Below, piece after piece: positions 29,864 through 39,316 of a stretch of DNA of 64,000 nucleotides (position 1 is its first letter; each line of letters begins with the position of its first letter). A program made the position numbers and the translations under genes. This stretch comes from an uncultured Methanomicrobiales archaeon (GTDB lineage Archaea; Halobacteriota; Methanomicrobia; Methanomicrobiales; Methanospirillaceae). The DNA is taken from the NCBI GenBank assembly GCA_963697895.1, contig OY969100.1, positions 864,001-928,000 on the forward strand. The letters are read 5' to 3'. The notes under the pieces were generated by a model. That model was not told the origin of the DNA and did not search any database. It saw nothing but the letters and a program-made list of their open reading frames with translations.

Positions 29864-30364
29864 ATGTGGTCAGAGATCATGCGGGAGTTTAATGATTCAC
29901 CCACGCAGGCCCGGGTCGTCCGGTTTCTCCTTGATAACGGGTTCGGCGTCAATGAGGAAGGACGTATAATGTGTAACGGGATAGAAATTCCGGCCACCCA
30001 GCTCGCCCGGGCCATTGGCTCGGACCGGCGGGTTATCGATGCCACTGCACGCCATATCCTTTCATCCCCTTCACTTCGGGATATCTTCATGCAGATGCGG
30101 GTAACACCAGACCTCTCCCGGGTTGCGTTATCCCTTGGACTCTCTGTGATTACCATTCTGCCGAAAAATGCGCAGGAGAAGGGAATCGTCGGATCAGCAG
30201 TCCGTCTTCTGACCGATCATGACCTCTCCATCCGGCAGATATTTGTGACAGACCCCTATTTCAGCGAGGAGCCGAAACTCGTCATCATCGTCGACGGACC
30301 CCTTCCAGCCGGTGTCGTCGAGAGGATCCGGGCATTGTCCCAGGTAAAACAGGTTATCCTTTAG
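29864..30364 (+). CDS. ACT-domain regulator of amino-acid metabolism (COG2150-like)
   Basis: P.Q..V.R.LL.NG, IA...G.DRRV.D.T, GI...V......SIRQ....DP. Confidence 0.85.
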   Translation: MWSEIMREFNDSPTQARVVRFLLDNGFGVNEEGRIMCNGIEIPATQLARAIGSDRRVIDATARHILSSPSLRDIFMQMRVTPDLSRVALSLGLSVITILPKNAQEKGIVGSAVRLLTDHDLSIRQIFVTDPYFSEEPKLVIIVDGPLPAGVVERIRALSQVKQVIL

Positions 30365-30376
30365 GACATTCCCTCT

Positions 30377-30871
30377 TTACCCGGGAAACTGTTCCATCTC
30401 GATCCAGAGTCGATACATCCGGCCCCGGTTCCGGGAAGGGAGGTTTGCCGAGATCAACAGGCGCTCGTAAATAGAGATGATACGGTCTCCACGCACCAGA
30501 TTGTCGGCATTCGCCACCAGACGCTCCTCGAGTGATATGGGTATACAATCCCGCGGCTTAAGGCCGAGAAGCGTGCATTCATCCGCTGTCAGGCCTGCTC
30601 CGAGATGCCGCTCCACAATACGTGCGACCGGCTCCGGGACACCCTTTGTGCGGCAGATATCTGCACCTTCCTGAGCGTGCCGCACCGAGTGCGTCCGCGA
30701 CCTCCCGATGTCATGGAGAAGGGCACCGGCAATGACACATGCCCGGTCTACATAATCAATACCTGCTGCATACGAGTTTGCAACCCGGCAGACCGTCTCG
30801 CTGTGCCGGAGAACCTCGTCGCTGCACCCTGCCTCCACTAGCAGCGCACGGGCTTCCCGGGCAGTGATCAT
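30377..30871 (-). CDS. HDIG-domain metal-dependent phosphohydrolase (TIGR00295-like)
   Basis: H...V, GALLHDIGRS.TH...H, IVERH.GAG, EE.LVANADNL. Confidence 0.9.
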   Translation of the reverse strand: MITAREARALLVEAGCSDEVLRHSETVCRVANSYAAGIDYVDRACVIAGALLHDIGRSRTHSVRHAQEGADICRTKGVPEPVARIVERHLGAGLTADECTLLGLKPRDCIPISLEERLVANADNLVRGDRIISIYERLLISANLPSRNRGRMYRLWIEMEQFPG

Positions 30872-31392
30872 GCCAAGCCGAGAGAGTCCCGGATCCCGTG
30901 GATTCGCCGCTTCAGTGCCTTCAGGAGAATTTCATTATCAAAATGCTCCATCTGCTCATCACATTGTGGGCATGCAAACCCGCGGTCCACCGCCTGGTTG
31001 AACGTGAATATAATCCCGCATTTCTTGCAGATGTAAAAATCATTCTCTTCTTCAAATTTCTCACGAACTTCCAGTTTCTCCAGTATCTGCACCAGATCCT
31101 CCTTGATCACATCATAGATCTGATCCATGCGGAGTCTCCAGAGATATGTGAGCCATCCGGTCTCGTTATTCTTTATCCTGCGGTATTCCGCCAGTCTCTT
31201 CTCATAGAGAGTATACAGGGTATGCCTGACGGTGTTGAGATTTATTCCCGTCTGGGCAGCGAGGTCTTCATCGCTGAATTCTCCTTCTTCGGGGAATTTT
31301 TCAAGGAGCGAGATCCCATCTTCTCCGATCAGCCGGATCAGGTATGCCCGGATCGCGGGGTTGGTCATCTGTTCTTCCATGGCGGCCATCAC
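30868..31392 (-). CDS. tfe: Transcription factor E (TFIIE-alpha homologue)
   Basis: DEDLA..TGINLN.VR..LY.LYE..LA.YRR.....GW.TY.W; C-terminal Zn ribbon CKKC...F.CPQC. Confidence 0.93.
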   Translation of the reverse strand: MMAAMEEQMTNPAIRAYLIRLIGEDGISLLEKFPEEGEFSDEDLAAQTGINLNTVRHTLYTLYEKRLAEYRRIKNNETGWLTYLWRLRMDQIYDVIKEDLVQILEKLEVREKFEEENDFYICKKCGIIFTFNQAVDRGFACPQCDEQMEHFDNEILLKALKRRIHGIRDSLGLA

Positions 31393-32465
31393 CCCATATA
31401 TTGTCGTACCGTGCTTATATTCTTCTCCAGCATACCGATCGCCCCCGCCCGGCTCATTCCCTCGCCGTATACACTTACAATCGCCATTCCCTCCTCGAAA
31501 TACGTCCCCGGCCAGGGGATATCCGCGACGATGGGGGTGAGATGGGAGAGGTCTGCCGGGATATAGCGGTCACGGTCCGCAAAGAGGATCCCCCGGGCTG
31601 CGAACCGTTTTAGTGGTGCAGCGGTATCCGGCAGTATGCCCCTGCAGGCAGCGGCATGACGGGAAAACAGGTTCCAGCCCGTTGCCATCTCGACCGTATC
31701 GACGGTTGCCTGGAACCGCGGGTTGATCTCGATCACGGAAGTCCGGTCCCCCACCACGAAATCCACACCGATCGTGCCTTTGCACCCGCTCGCCGCACAA
31801 GCCCGTTCGGCCATGCGGATCATCTCCACTTTTTCCGGAGGCTCAAAGGGGGTGATCGAACCTGAGAACCCGTAGGGTGCATCCGGGGTACCCCGGAGGA
31901 GCTGTTCATTAACCGCGATCGCGCGTGCCCGGGTACCGTCGGCAACACAGCATACCGAAGCAGGAATCCCCTCGGCCAGCTCCTGTGCGATATAAGGGAT
32001 CCCCTCCATCGCCTTGCCCCATGAGATACGTTCTGTTTCGCTCGAGATCACGATATTCCTCCATCCGCCAGCCCCTGTCCGCGGTTTCAGGAAGGCGGGG
32101 TATGAACCCTCTGCGGCGATCCTCGGCACGGGGAGATCCAAGTCCTCAAAGAAGTGCTGAAGAAAGAGCTTGTCCAGGAATGGTGCCACTTTTTCGGGGC
32201 TGGTCCCACAGACTGGAATCGGGGTTGCAAGCGTTTCGGCTCCCGATGTGGCGACAAGCATGTCTATCCGGTGTCGCCCGCTCATCTCCGCAACCGCATC
32301 GGGGAGTTCTTCAAGCTCCTCGAATTGCAGGGAATCCGCGGCATACCAGCCCAGATCCTGGTCACAGAAGTGATCTATCGCATAAACGGTATACCCTGCC
32401 CGGCTGGCCGACTGTGCTACGTGGCGTGTAGCAAACCCGACCACAAGAACGGATGGTTTCACCAC
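31389..32465 (-). CDS. ATP-grasp protein (COG2232-like, methanogen/C1-associated)
   Basis: V.G..TR..A.SA...GY.V...D.F.D.D, KP..GAGG, QE...G...[14 protein letters not shown]. Confidence 0.85.
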   Translation of the reverse strand: MVKPSVLVVGFATRHVAQSASRAGYTVYAIDHFCDQDLGWYAADSLQFEELEELPDAVAEMSGRHRIDMLVATSGAETLATPIPVCGTSPEKVAPFLDKLFLQHFFEDLDLPVPRIAAEGSYPAFLKPRTGAGGWRNIVISSETERISWGKAMEGIPYIAQELAEGIPASVCCVADGTRARAIAVNEQLLRGTPDAPYGFSGSITPFEPPEKVEMIRMAERACAASGCKGTIGVDFVVGDRTSVIEINPRFQATVDTVEMATGWNLFSRHAAACRGILPDTAAPLKRFAARGILFADRDRYIPADLSHLTPIVADIPWPGTYFEEGMAIVSVYGEGMSRAGAIGMLEKNISTVRQYMG

Positions 32466-32983
32466 TCCTCGGTTGTTTTTCCCGCTTTCGTCGGGATCAC
32501 CCGGATCCGCGACCCGGGAAATTCATGGGCCAGTTCTCTCCCCTCGTACAGGTGGTCGAGGAAGACGGCGAGGCTCGAGATCTCGGAGTGCGGCTGGTTT
32601 GTGACCGCCACATTGTAGTCTGCAAGGCCGAAGAGTTCCCCGGGTACTTTTTCGGCACCGACCACCACCAGGATGCGTTCCTCCGCCCGGATCTCCCTCT
32701 CCCGGTCGCGGAGGCGCTCGCCATACATTGTCAGGTGAACAACGACTCCCCCGGTTTCCTTCCATTTCCGGATACAGCCGCGCCATTTCACCTCGTCCCT
32801 GATGAAGAATTCTCCCCCCCACCGTGTAACCACATCCGTGATACTCTGGACTACCCCTTTGTCTGCCGCTGCGAGATACATGCCCTCGGCGCCCAGCGCC
32901 CTGGCGGTAAGACCGACGTGGGTGGTCACCCGCTGGTCCCGTTCGGGCCGGTGCCCCAGACGGAGAATGGCGACCTCTTGCAT
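32459..32983 (-). CDS. trm56: tRNA (cytidine(56)-2'-O)-methyltransferase (SPOUT)
   Basis: [51 protein letters not shown]; start moved to MQEVAIL. Confidence 0.95.
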   Translation of the reverse strand: MQEVAILRLGHRPERDQRVTTHVGLTARALGAEGMYLAAADKGVVQSITDVVTRWGGEFFIRDEVKWRGCIRKWKETGGVVVHLTMYGERLRDREREIRAEERILVVVGAEKVPGELFGLADYNVAVTNQPHSEISSLAVFLDHLYEGRELAHEFPGSRIRVIPTKAGKTTEEW

Positions 32984-32984
32984 C

Positions 32985-33266
32985 TCACGGCCCTTCCTTC
33001 TTTTTTGACCGGATAATGCCGCCCTCGATGGTAAAGGGGAGTTCCCGGTCATGCCTGCAGTGACATTTTACCAGCATCTCCTGGAATGCCAGCGTCCGGT
33101 ATCCCGTTTCACCGGCCTCTATCAGCAAATAATTGGCAAGCCGGGAGAGAGAGGCTTCTATTTCAGCTTCTGGACAAGGTACGGCCTGAGAAAGTTCCCC
33201 TGCAGTTCTGCCGGTTCCCTGGAGGATCAGGTGATATACCAGCCAGTCCAGATCGGCATCGTTCAC
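32985..33266 (-). CDS. Small winged-HTH protein
   Basis: Probable GTG start ([14 protein letters not shown]...ELS......EIEASLSRL...LLIE); coupled to trm56. Confidence 0.65.
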   Translation of the reverse strand: MNDADLDWLVYHLILQGTGRTAGELSQAVPCPEAEIEASLSRLANYLLIEAGETGYRTLAFQEMLVKCHCRHDRELPFTIEGGIIRSKKKEGP

Positions 33267-33378
33267 CTGTACTGATGATTCAGGTGCGGGAATATAGCTT
33301 ACCACCCGTACTGGTTCGTAGTCACCTAAGGAACCGGTTTCCCCGAGGCAGCGGTGAACTTTTCCCCTTGGGAGGCAA

Positions 33379-33798
33379 GTGGTGATGATGACAGCCGGCG
33401 AGCCGATCCCGACGTACCAGGATCTCGGAGATATTGCAGAAGAACTGTTCGAGGAGAGCAATGATGACCCCGTGAAACTCGCCGGACTTATCGACCGCCT
33501 CGATCCCCTCATCCGGAACGAACTTCTGATATCCGACTTCCTCAATGCATACCAGACTTTTTATTATTTTTTCCGTGAAGAGCCCGGTGATCTTGAGAAA
33601 GACCGGATGATCCTGGAACCCGCATCGTCGCTCGAGCAGGGGATCCTGATTCATGAGATCGATCTTTTTGAAGTCATATTCCGGGTGGAGGATGCGGAGC
33701 CGGTCGTCTCGGTCGGCGACGGGGAGCAGATCCTTGCCAATTATCATGGTACCGATGCGTATCGCCGGGCAATCCGGTTCATCGACGAAAATCTCTGA
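33379..33798 (+). CDS. Acidic hypothetical protein
   Basis: 139-aa ORF with GGAGG RBS. Confidence 0.75.
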   Translation: MVMMTAGEPIPTYQDLGDIAEELFEESNDDPVKLAGLIDRLDPLIRNELLISDFLNAYQTFYYFFREEPGDLEKDRMILEPASSLEQGILIHEIDLFEVIFRVEDAEPVVSVGDGEQILANYHGTDAYRRAIRFIDENL

Positions 33799-33927
33799 AT
33801 TGAATAGTCCCGCCATGAACCTCCCCGGAGAGGGAACCGGACCGTGCAACCGTATCGGATAATAAAAGATGTATGAAATTCCTGATTCAGGAGTTTTTTT
33901 AACTCCCAAGATCTCGAAAAAATGCAT

Positions 33928-34650
33928 CTAATGACCGGTAAGCGATCTCCCTGCGGTGATCAGCCCCTCGTCTACCCGGGCCCGATTCAGGCGCGGGATC
34001 TTTCCCCATGAAGTAATATAATCACCGATGACTACCCAGACGCCACAGACCGATTTCGGGTCCAGGGTGTTGAAGACCTGTGTCTCTCCCGGCCTTACCG
34101 TATTGCAGATCGCTGTGGCAAACGCATCAGCGATCGCGACATCCCGGGAGAACACCGTGACCGCATCGGCAATACCGAACGATATGGATGGGCCGACCGT
34201 CGCCGACGAGGTGCAGCATCCGAGGATCTTCCGCTGGGGGGGGATTTCAAAAGCATACCGGTTGCTGACCGGAGCATCTCCCGCATGCACCCCGATACGT
34301 ACCTCCCGGTCGCTTATGATTGCAATGTCGCCTCCGTTATCGATGATGCCGAAGGCTGCCCCTTCCTCCGCCATTGCTTCCACTCCCGCCCAGGCGATTG
34401 CCCCTGCCACCGCCGCCATCGGACCGACTCCTGCTGCCTTCCCGGCATAGGCCATCCGCCGTACGATCAGGTCTTCACATTCGGGTGAATATGGTTCGAG
34501 AGTTGCGCCAAAGAACGGATCTCTGGCAATACACCGCTCAACCGCCTGACGGGCGGCGATCAGCCCCCGGCATGCTGCATCGATCGCTGTCTGTTCGTCT
34601 GCCAGGATCGTTGCGATCGTCTCACGGAGCTCGAAATGGTGCCTGATCAT
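33928..34650 (-). CDS. UPF0280 / ApbE-superfamily protein (COG2122)
   Basis: ET...I.AD, F...LEP, GVGPMAAVAG, DNGGDI, CTSSATVGPSISFG.ADAVTV; start moved to MIRHHF. Confidence 0.9.
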   Translation of the reverse strand: MIRHHFELRETIATILADEQTAIDAACRGLIAARQAVERCIARDPFFGATLEPYSPECEDLIVRRMAYAGKAAGVGPMAAVAGAIAWAGVEAMAEEGAAFGIIDNGGDIAIISDREVRIGVHAGDAPVSNRYAFEIPPQRKILGCCTSSATVGPSISFGIADAVTVFSRDVAIADAFATAICNTVRPGETQVFNTLDPKSVCGVWVVIGDYITSWGKIPRLNRARVDEGLITAGRSLTGH

Positions 34651-34922
34651 CACTCTCACCCTCTTCACAGGTGAATAATCGAAAGAAAAGGTGCTCCCTC
34701 CCTGCTCATAAGGGTAGGGGGTAGACCGGATCATCATCAAACAGGCCTTCATGGAGCACCGCGGCAAGCAGGAGAGGGTCTTCCCGCACACACCATCTGC
34801 AGAGACGGTCACCGGGGGCGGCGATGTTCATCGCAGCAGAATTGCTAATTCTGAAGCATTTGGCGGCTTTTTTGGTCACCCACTATCTATTTATCATCAG
34901 GAAAAAGAGCGATGATGAGAAT

Positions 34923-36242
34923 ATGCATCGGGATCCCAGATTCAGCCACCGTTCCCGTCACCGGACAGGTACACCCCCGGATGAACGGTACCTGATCATG
35001 ATCCGGGTGAACGACTGGCAGATATCCCGGCTCACCGGGGAGATTTCCCGGCTGTTCCTGAAACGCGGCGATATTTCCCGGTTTCCGCATGTCACCCTGT
35101 ACGGCACTTTCCGGCTGACGACCGGAATGGGACCCGGGATACTCCGGGATCTCATCGAACAGGCCGCATCTCATGCCCATCACCTCCCGTTTACCATCTC
35201 AGAATGGACACGGATGCAGGGGAGGAAAGGGGAAGCTGTCGGATACCATGTAGACCCTTCTCCGGGTCTTGATATGTTCTACCGTCATCTGACCGCGTCC
35301 CTTATCCCTGCGACTGAGAGCCGGATCTGGATTGACCGTGCCCCGGAAAAACGGCGGATGCACATCACATTTGCGTTCAACCTGGCCGAGGCGGATGCTG
35401 AACGGATATGGGAGTTTCTTCACCAGGTCACCCCATCTGCGGAAGGGGAAACCGGCGGGCAATACCGGCATCTGGGGCAAGCGGGTAAACAGGGGAAAGG
35501 TGAATGTACCGATCTTGAGGGGTTACGGGTTGCACTCTTCCGGAACGGCGCCCTTATGGCTGAATATGATCTCCCGACCCGGCAGTGGCTCGACCGGGCG
35601 GGCTGTTTCAGTCCCACTGCCTGGAGGAACACGCTCGCGCACTTCCGCAGGCTCCAGGGATACGAACGGGATCTCCCCCAGTATGCCCGGGACCCCGAGA
35701 CCTATCTCATCTCCGATCTTCATCTCGACCATGAGAACATCATCCGGTACTGCCGGCGACCCTTCGCCGATGCCCATGAGATGAGCCGGATTCTGATTAG
35801 AAACTGGAACTGTACCGTCCGCCCGGATGAGACCATATACCACCTCGGGGACTTGCGGTACTCTTCCGGAAAGAGCATGCCCGGGATCTCCGGCCCTGCA
35901 CCAGATCTCCGGGGAAAAGTATGCCTGGTCCGGGGAAACCATGATAACGATCTCCCCAATACCGCCACGGCCCTCGAGATCTCCTGCGGCGGTGAACAAT
36001 TTCTCCTGATTCACAATCCCGACAATGCACCGGCCGGGTTCCCGGGATGGGTGATCCATGGGCATACGCACAATCACGATCTCTGCACATACCCGTTTTT
36101 TAATAGGAAATGCAGGAGAATCAACGTCAGCGCAGAAGTGATAGGGTATCTCCCTGTCGGCACGATGCAGGTGCTGGCGTTAATCCATTCCGGCGTGGAT
36201 ATCCTCCGGACCCTGCCGCGGGAAAAAGAGCCGGAGCCTTAA
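34923..36242 (+). CDS. Fusion of a 2H phosphoesterase and a calcineurin-like metallophosphoesterase (COG4186-type)
   Basis: N-terminal PHVTLYG and HITFAF (two HxT motifs); C-terminal SDLHLDH.NII.YC.RPF, WN..V, HLGD, RGNHD, IHGHTH, INVS. Confidence 0.88.
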   Translation: MHRDPRFSHRSRHRTGTPPDERYLIMIRVNDWQISRLTGEISRLFLKRGDISRFPHVTLYGTFRLTTGMGPGILRDLIEQAASHAHHLPFTISEWTRMQGRKGEAVGYHVDPSPGLDMFYRHLTASLIPATESRIWIDRAPEKRRMHITFAFNLAEADAERIWEFLHQVTPSAEGETGGQYRHLGQAGKQGKGECTDLEGLRVALFRNGALMAEYDLPTRQWLDRAGCFSPTAWRNTLAHFRRLQGYERDLPQYARDPETYLISDLHLDHENIIRYCRRPFADAHEMSRILIRNWNCTVRPDETIYHLGDLRYSSGKSMPGISGPAPDLRGKVCLVRGNHDNDLPNTATALEISCGGEQFLLIHNPDNAPAGFPGWVIHGHTHNHDLCTYPFFNRKCRRINVSAEVIGYLPVGTMQVLALIHSGVDILRTLPREKEPEP

Positions 36243-36640
36243 TATTCTTCCTTCTGAACAAGTGCCCCGTGCGGGCATACATCGACACACCTGCCGCAGA
36301 GAACACATCGCTCTTCGACGAGCCGGAGCTTCCAGTCTTCATCAAAGTAGAATACCTCCTGCGGGCAGATACTGATGCATGCGCCACAGTCGACGCACTC
36401 GCTCTCGTCCAGGCTGATGCTGTGTTCCAGCACCCTGACCGTGGCCCCGAGTCTCGCAAGTTCCTCCTTTACGAGCTGACACGTATCATCCGGGATGTCG
36501 ATCAGGGCTTCGCCTTCTGACGAGTCTATGAGGGCGCGTTCCACATTGACGAGCACTCCGGTATTTTTCACAACCTGCGCAATGATCGGTTTTTTCCCCG
36601 TTTTTCGTGAGAATGTGACCAGGAGCTTCATTTGAGCCAT
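36239..36640 (-). CDS. NIL-domain ferredoxin (homocysteine-biosynthesis partner)
   Basis: NIL domain (KPII......GV.VN..RA) plus two CxxCxxCxxxCP motifs; directly downstream of the DUF39-CBS gene. Confidence 0.9.
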   Translation of the reverse strand: MAQMKLLVTFSRKTGKKPIIAQVVKNTGVLVNVERALIDSSEGEALIDIPDDTCQLVKEELARLGATVRVLEHSISLDESECVDCGACISICPQEVFYFDEDWKLRLVEERCVLCGRCVDVCPHGALVQKEEY

Positions 36641-38136
36641 CTCCCGCCGACCAGCTTGGACAGGTCCATTGCCGTCAGCAATGCGAGAACATGGTTCTCA
36701 CGGTCGATCACCGGAAGCGCACTGATATTATGCCGTTCGAGTTTCTGAACGGCGATGTCGACCGGTTCATCCGGGGTCGTGGTGACGACTTTCTTCTTCA
36801 TGATATCCTTCACATGTGAAGCCTTCCCCGGATTTACCACCGCTTTGGAGATATCATAGGTGGTGACTATCCCCACCAGTTCTCCATCCCGGTTGAGTAC
36901 CGGGAGGTGATTGGACTCTCCCTTCAGGAGTGTGCGGGCTGCCGTCCGGATATCCTCGTCTTCCCCGATGCTGACGAACCGGCGGTCCATGATATCGATG
37001 ACCCTCGGCACGTGAATGGTTTCATGCATCGGTTTTGCCCCCTTTTTCGTATCTATTCTCCGGGCCGGGGCGACCATCTGCATCTTCCCCTGTTCCACCC
37101 AGTCTTTCAGCAAAACAGCCACTTCCCTTGCCTTCCGGAAACTGGAGAGAGAGGAGGTCCGGACTTCTTCTCCCCCGATCTCGATAATTCCTTTCCTGAG
37201 TTCTGCATAACTTACCTTCCGGAGGGATGGCCGGTTCCTGCTCGGCACTCCGTAGTCCATCAGATCCACAAGGATATCCTCATCACGGACCGCAGTGCTT
37301 CTCACCATGCCGATATTGGTGATCGGGAGCGGGATTCCAAGCCCAACGTAGAGCGTCACACCATATTCGGTCATCGTTGCCGCCCGGATAAAATCACGCG
37401 ACATTCCCTGCATCTCACCGGTCACCATCAGGGTGCCAAACCCACCCGCGGGTGAAGCCTGCGTTCCTTCACCGATCACCATCCCCGGACCACCCCCGAG
37501 GAAGAGGGGGACACCGCCCCCGATTGCGGTGAATGACGGATCGTTCATGATCGGGTTTAAAAGTCCTGCCCCCGAGTACGTGACATTTCCGCAGCCCGGC
37601 AGCAGGGTGCCCATGTAGGTGTGCAGTACACGGTCTGTCGTGTTTGCGGCTGCATTGTACCGCTGATATCCATTCCGGGGATTGCACATGATCGCCTGGT
37701 TCAGGTCATCGAGAACCAGTTCCGTGGTGATCGTGCGCCGGGGATAACAATCGGTCCCGCGTGAGATTGCCCGGAGCTCTATCGATTTCCCCGCGATAAA
37801 ATCCTCCATTACATGGGCCCCGCCATAGTTCTCCCCCCGGGTGGTCGACTCTTGGGTCGCTCCGATATAGGCGTCCACTGCAGCGAGACCACCATACGCC
37901 TCGACATCGTTCAGCCATACCCGTTCCATCCGTATGGGAGGCTCTGCATGGCCGAAATTTAAAAAAGCGCCGGATGAACACATCGCACCGAAGGTCCCCG
38001 TCGTGACCACGTCCACCTCGCGGAGCGCTTCCTCCTCCCCGAGTTCCTGCACGATATCCGGCATCTCCTCAGCGGTAACCACGCGGGCATTTCCATCATG
38101 GATCCGCTGATTGATCAGCTCGATGGACTTGTTCAT
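36628..38136 (-). CDS. L-aspartate semialdehyde sulfurtransferase (DUF39-CBS homocysteine biosynthesis protein)
   Basis: EIN..I..G.A.V.TAEE, VDVVTTGTFGAMCSSGA..NFGH..PP, YGGAHV, RN.YQ.Y, TYMG.LLP; C-terminal CBS pair. Confidence 0.92.
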   Translation of the reverse strand: MNKSIELINQRIHDGNARVVTAEEMPDIVQELGEEEALREVDVVTTGTFGAMCSSGAFLNFGHAEPPIRMERVWLNDVEAYGGLAAVDAYIGATQESTTRGENYGGAHVMEDFIAGKSIELRAISRGTDCYPRRTITTELVLDDLNQAIMCNPRNGYQRYNAAANTTDRVLHTYMGTLLPGCGNVTYSGAGLLNPIMNDPSFTAIGGGVPLFLGGGPGMVIGEGTQASPAGGFGTLMVTGEMQGMSRDFIRAATMTEYGVTLYVGLGIPLPITNIGMVRSTAVRDEDILVDLMDYGVPSRNRPSLRKVSYAELRKGIIEIGGEEVRTSSLSSFRKAREVAVLLKDWVEQGKMQMVAPARRIDTKKGAKPMHETIHVPRVIDIMDRRFVSIGEDEDIRTAARTLLKGESNHLPVLNRDGELVGIVTTYDISKAVVNPGKASHVKDIMKKKVVTTTPDEPVDIAVQKLERHNISALPVIDRENHVLALLTAMDLSKLVGGRWLK

Positions 38137-38230
38137 TCAGGCGAGATATGTTTTTAAGAATATTTATAGATACTGGTTATTACTGGTGTTAATAAATTCT
38201 CTTATAACATATTCGGGCATATCAGTGAGT

Positions 38231-38938
38231 ATGGACTTGGGTGCATTCATCCGCGAGATGGAGCTGATTGCGCCTCCGGAACTGGCGGAACCCTGGGATA
38301 CGAATCGGATCGGGCTTATCATAGAAGGAGGAGAAGATATCGGGCGGGTCTGCTCTGCACTTGATGCAACTCCAGCGGTGGTTGCCGGAGCTATTGAGCA
38401 CGATGCCGATATGATCGTCCTGCACCACACCCCCCTCTGGGATCCGGTTACCCGCCTCGGCGGTTCCCTCATGCCCATTCTCCGGTCGATCCTTGCGGCG
38501 GATATTGGTCTGTACGTCATGCACACGAACTTCGACCGGGCACCGGGAGGAGTGAATGACACCCTCGCATCGCTCCTATCGGTAACCGGTATGGAACCGA
38601 TGACGACAGGCCTGATCGGTACCTGTAACCTCTCACCGGCAGAAATCCGGGACCGGCTCGGGTCCCCGGTACAGGTATGGGGGCGTATCGACCGGATCCG
38701 GCGTATTGGCCTGGTTGCCGGGAGCGGGTTTGATCCTCGCCTGATTAGAGAAGCCTCGATGCTCGGTGCGGATGCCTTCCTCTCTGCCGAGTTGAAACAC
38801 TCGGTCTTCCGGGACTCACCCCTCCCCTGCATCGAAGCGACCCATTATGCCCTGGAGGCCCCCGGTATGCAGGCGCTGGCGGCCCGGATGGGTTGGACAT
38901 TTATCGACGACCCGCCGCTGGTCACCTGCTATGGATGA
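38231..38938 (+). CDS. Nif3/YbgI-family dinuclear metal protein
   Basis: APP..AE.WD...GL, ALDAT, HHTP, MHTNFD...GGVND.LA, HYALE; start moved to MDLGAF. Confidence 0.9.
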   Translation: MDLGAFIREMELIAPPELAEPWDTNRIGLIIEGGEDIGRVCSALDATPAVVAGAIEHDADMIVLHHTPLWDPVTRLGGSLMPILRSILAADIGLYVMHTNFDRAPGGVNDTLASLLSVTGMEPMTTGLIGTCNLSPAEIRDRLGSPVQVWGRIDRIRRIGLVAGSGFDPRLIREASMLGADAFLSAELKHSVFRDSPLPCIEATHYALEAPGMQALAARMGWTFIDDPPLVTCYG

Positions 38939-39263
38939 AGAACTCCGGGCCCTGCTCTCCCGGGAAGGATCCCTCACCCCCGCGGTGCGGGATGCCATCA
39001 TACAGGCATGCGGTGAACGGGGAAAGAAGGCGCTGAAGGCGATCGATGAACGGCGTATCAAACAGTACCGGGATTTTACCGTCGTGGTCGGCATCTCGGA
39101 TGAATACATCGTCGACGAGGAGTTCTGTACCTGCCAGGCGTCCCTGTACCGGCGTGGCCGGTGCTGGCATATTCTCGCGGTGGAGATCGCAGGCCGGGTA
39201 AACGCCTTTGAGGTCATCGATGCCTGGTACCAGGAGAACCTGAATGAAGACGGGGCCTCCTGA
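38931..39263 (+). CDS. SWIM zinc-finger protein
   Basis: VVG...EY.V...FCTC.......CWHILAV; overlaps the nif3 stop. Confidence 0.85.
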   Translation: MDEELRALLSREGSLTPAVRDAIIQACGERGKKALKAIDERRIKQYRDFTVVVGISDEYIVDEEFCTCQASLYRRGRCWHILAVEIAGRVNAFEVIDAWYQENLNEDGAS

Positions 39264-39316
39264 CAAACAATATTTATCGTTCGCAGCCGAATAAATGGAT
39301 AAGTTCGTGGTTTTTC

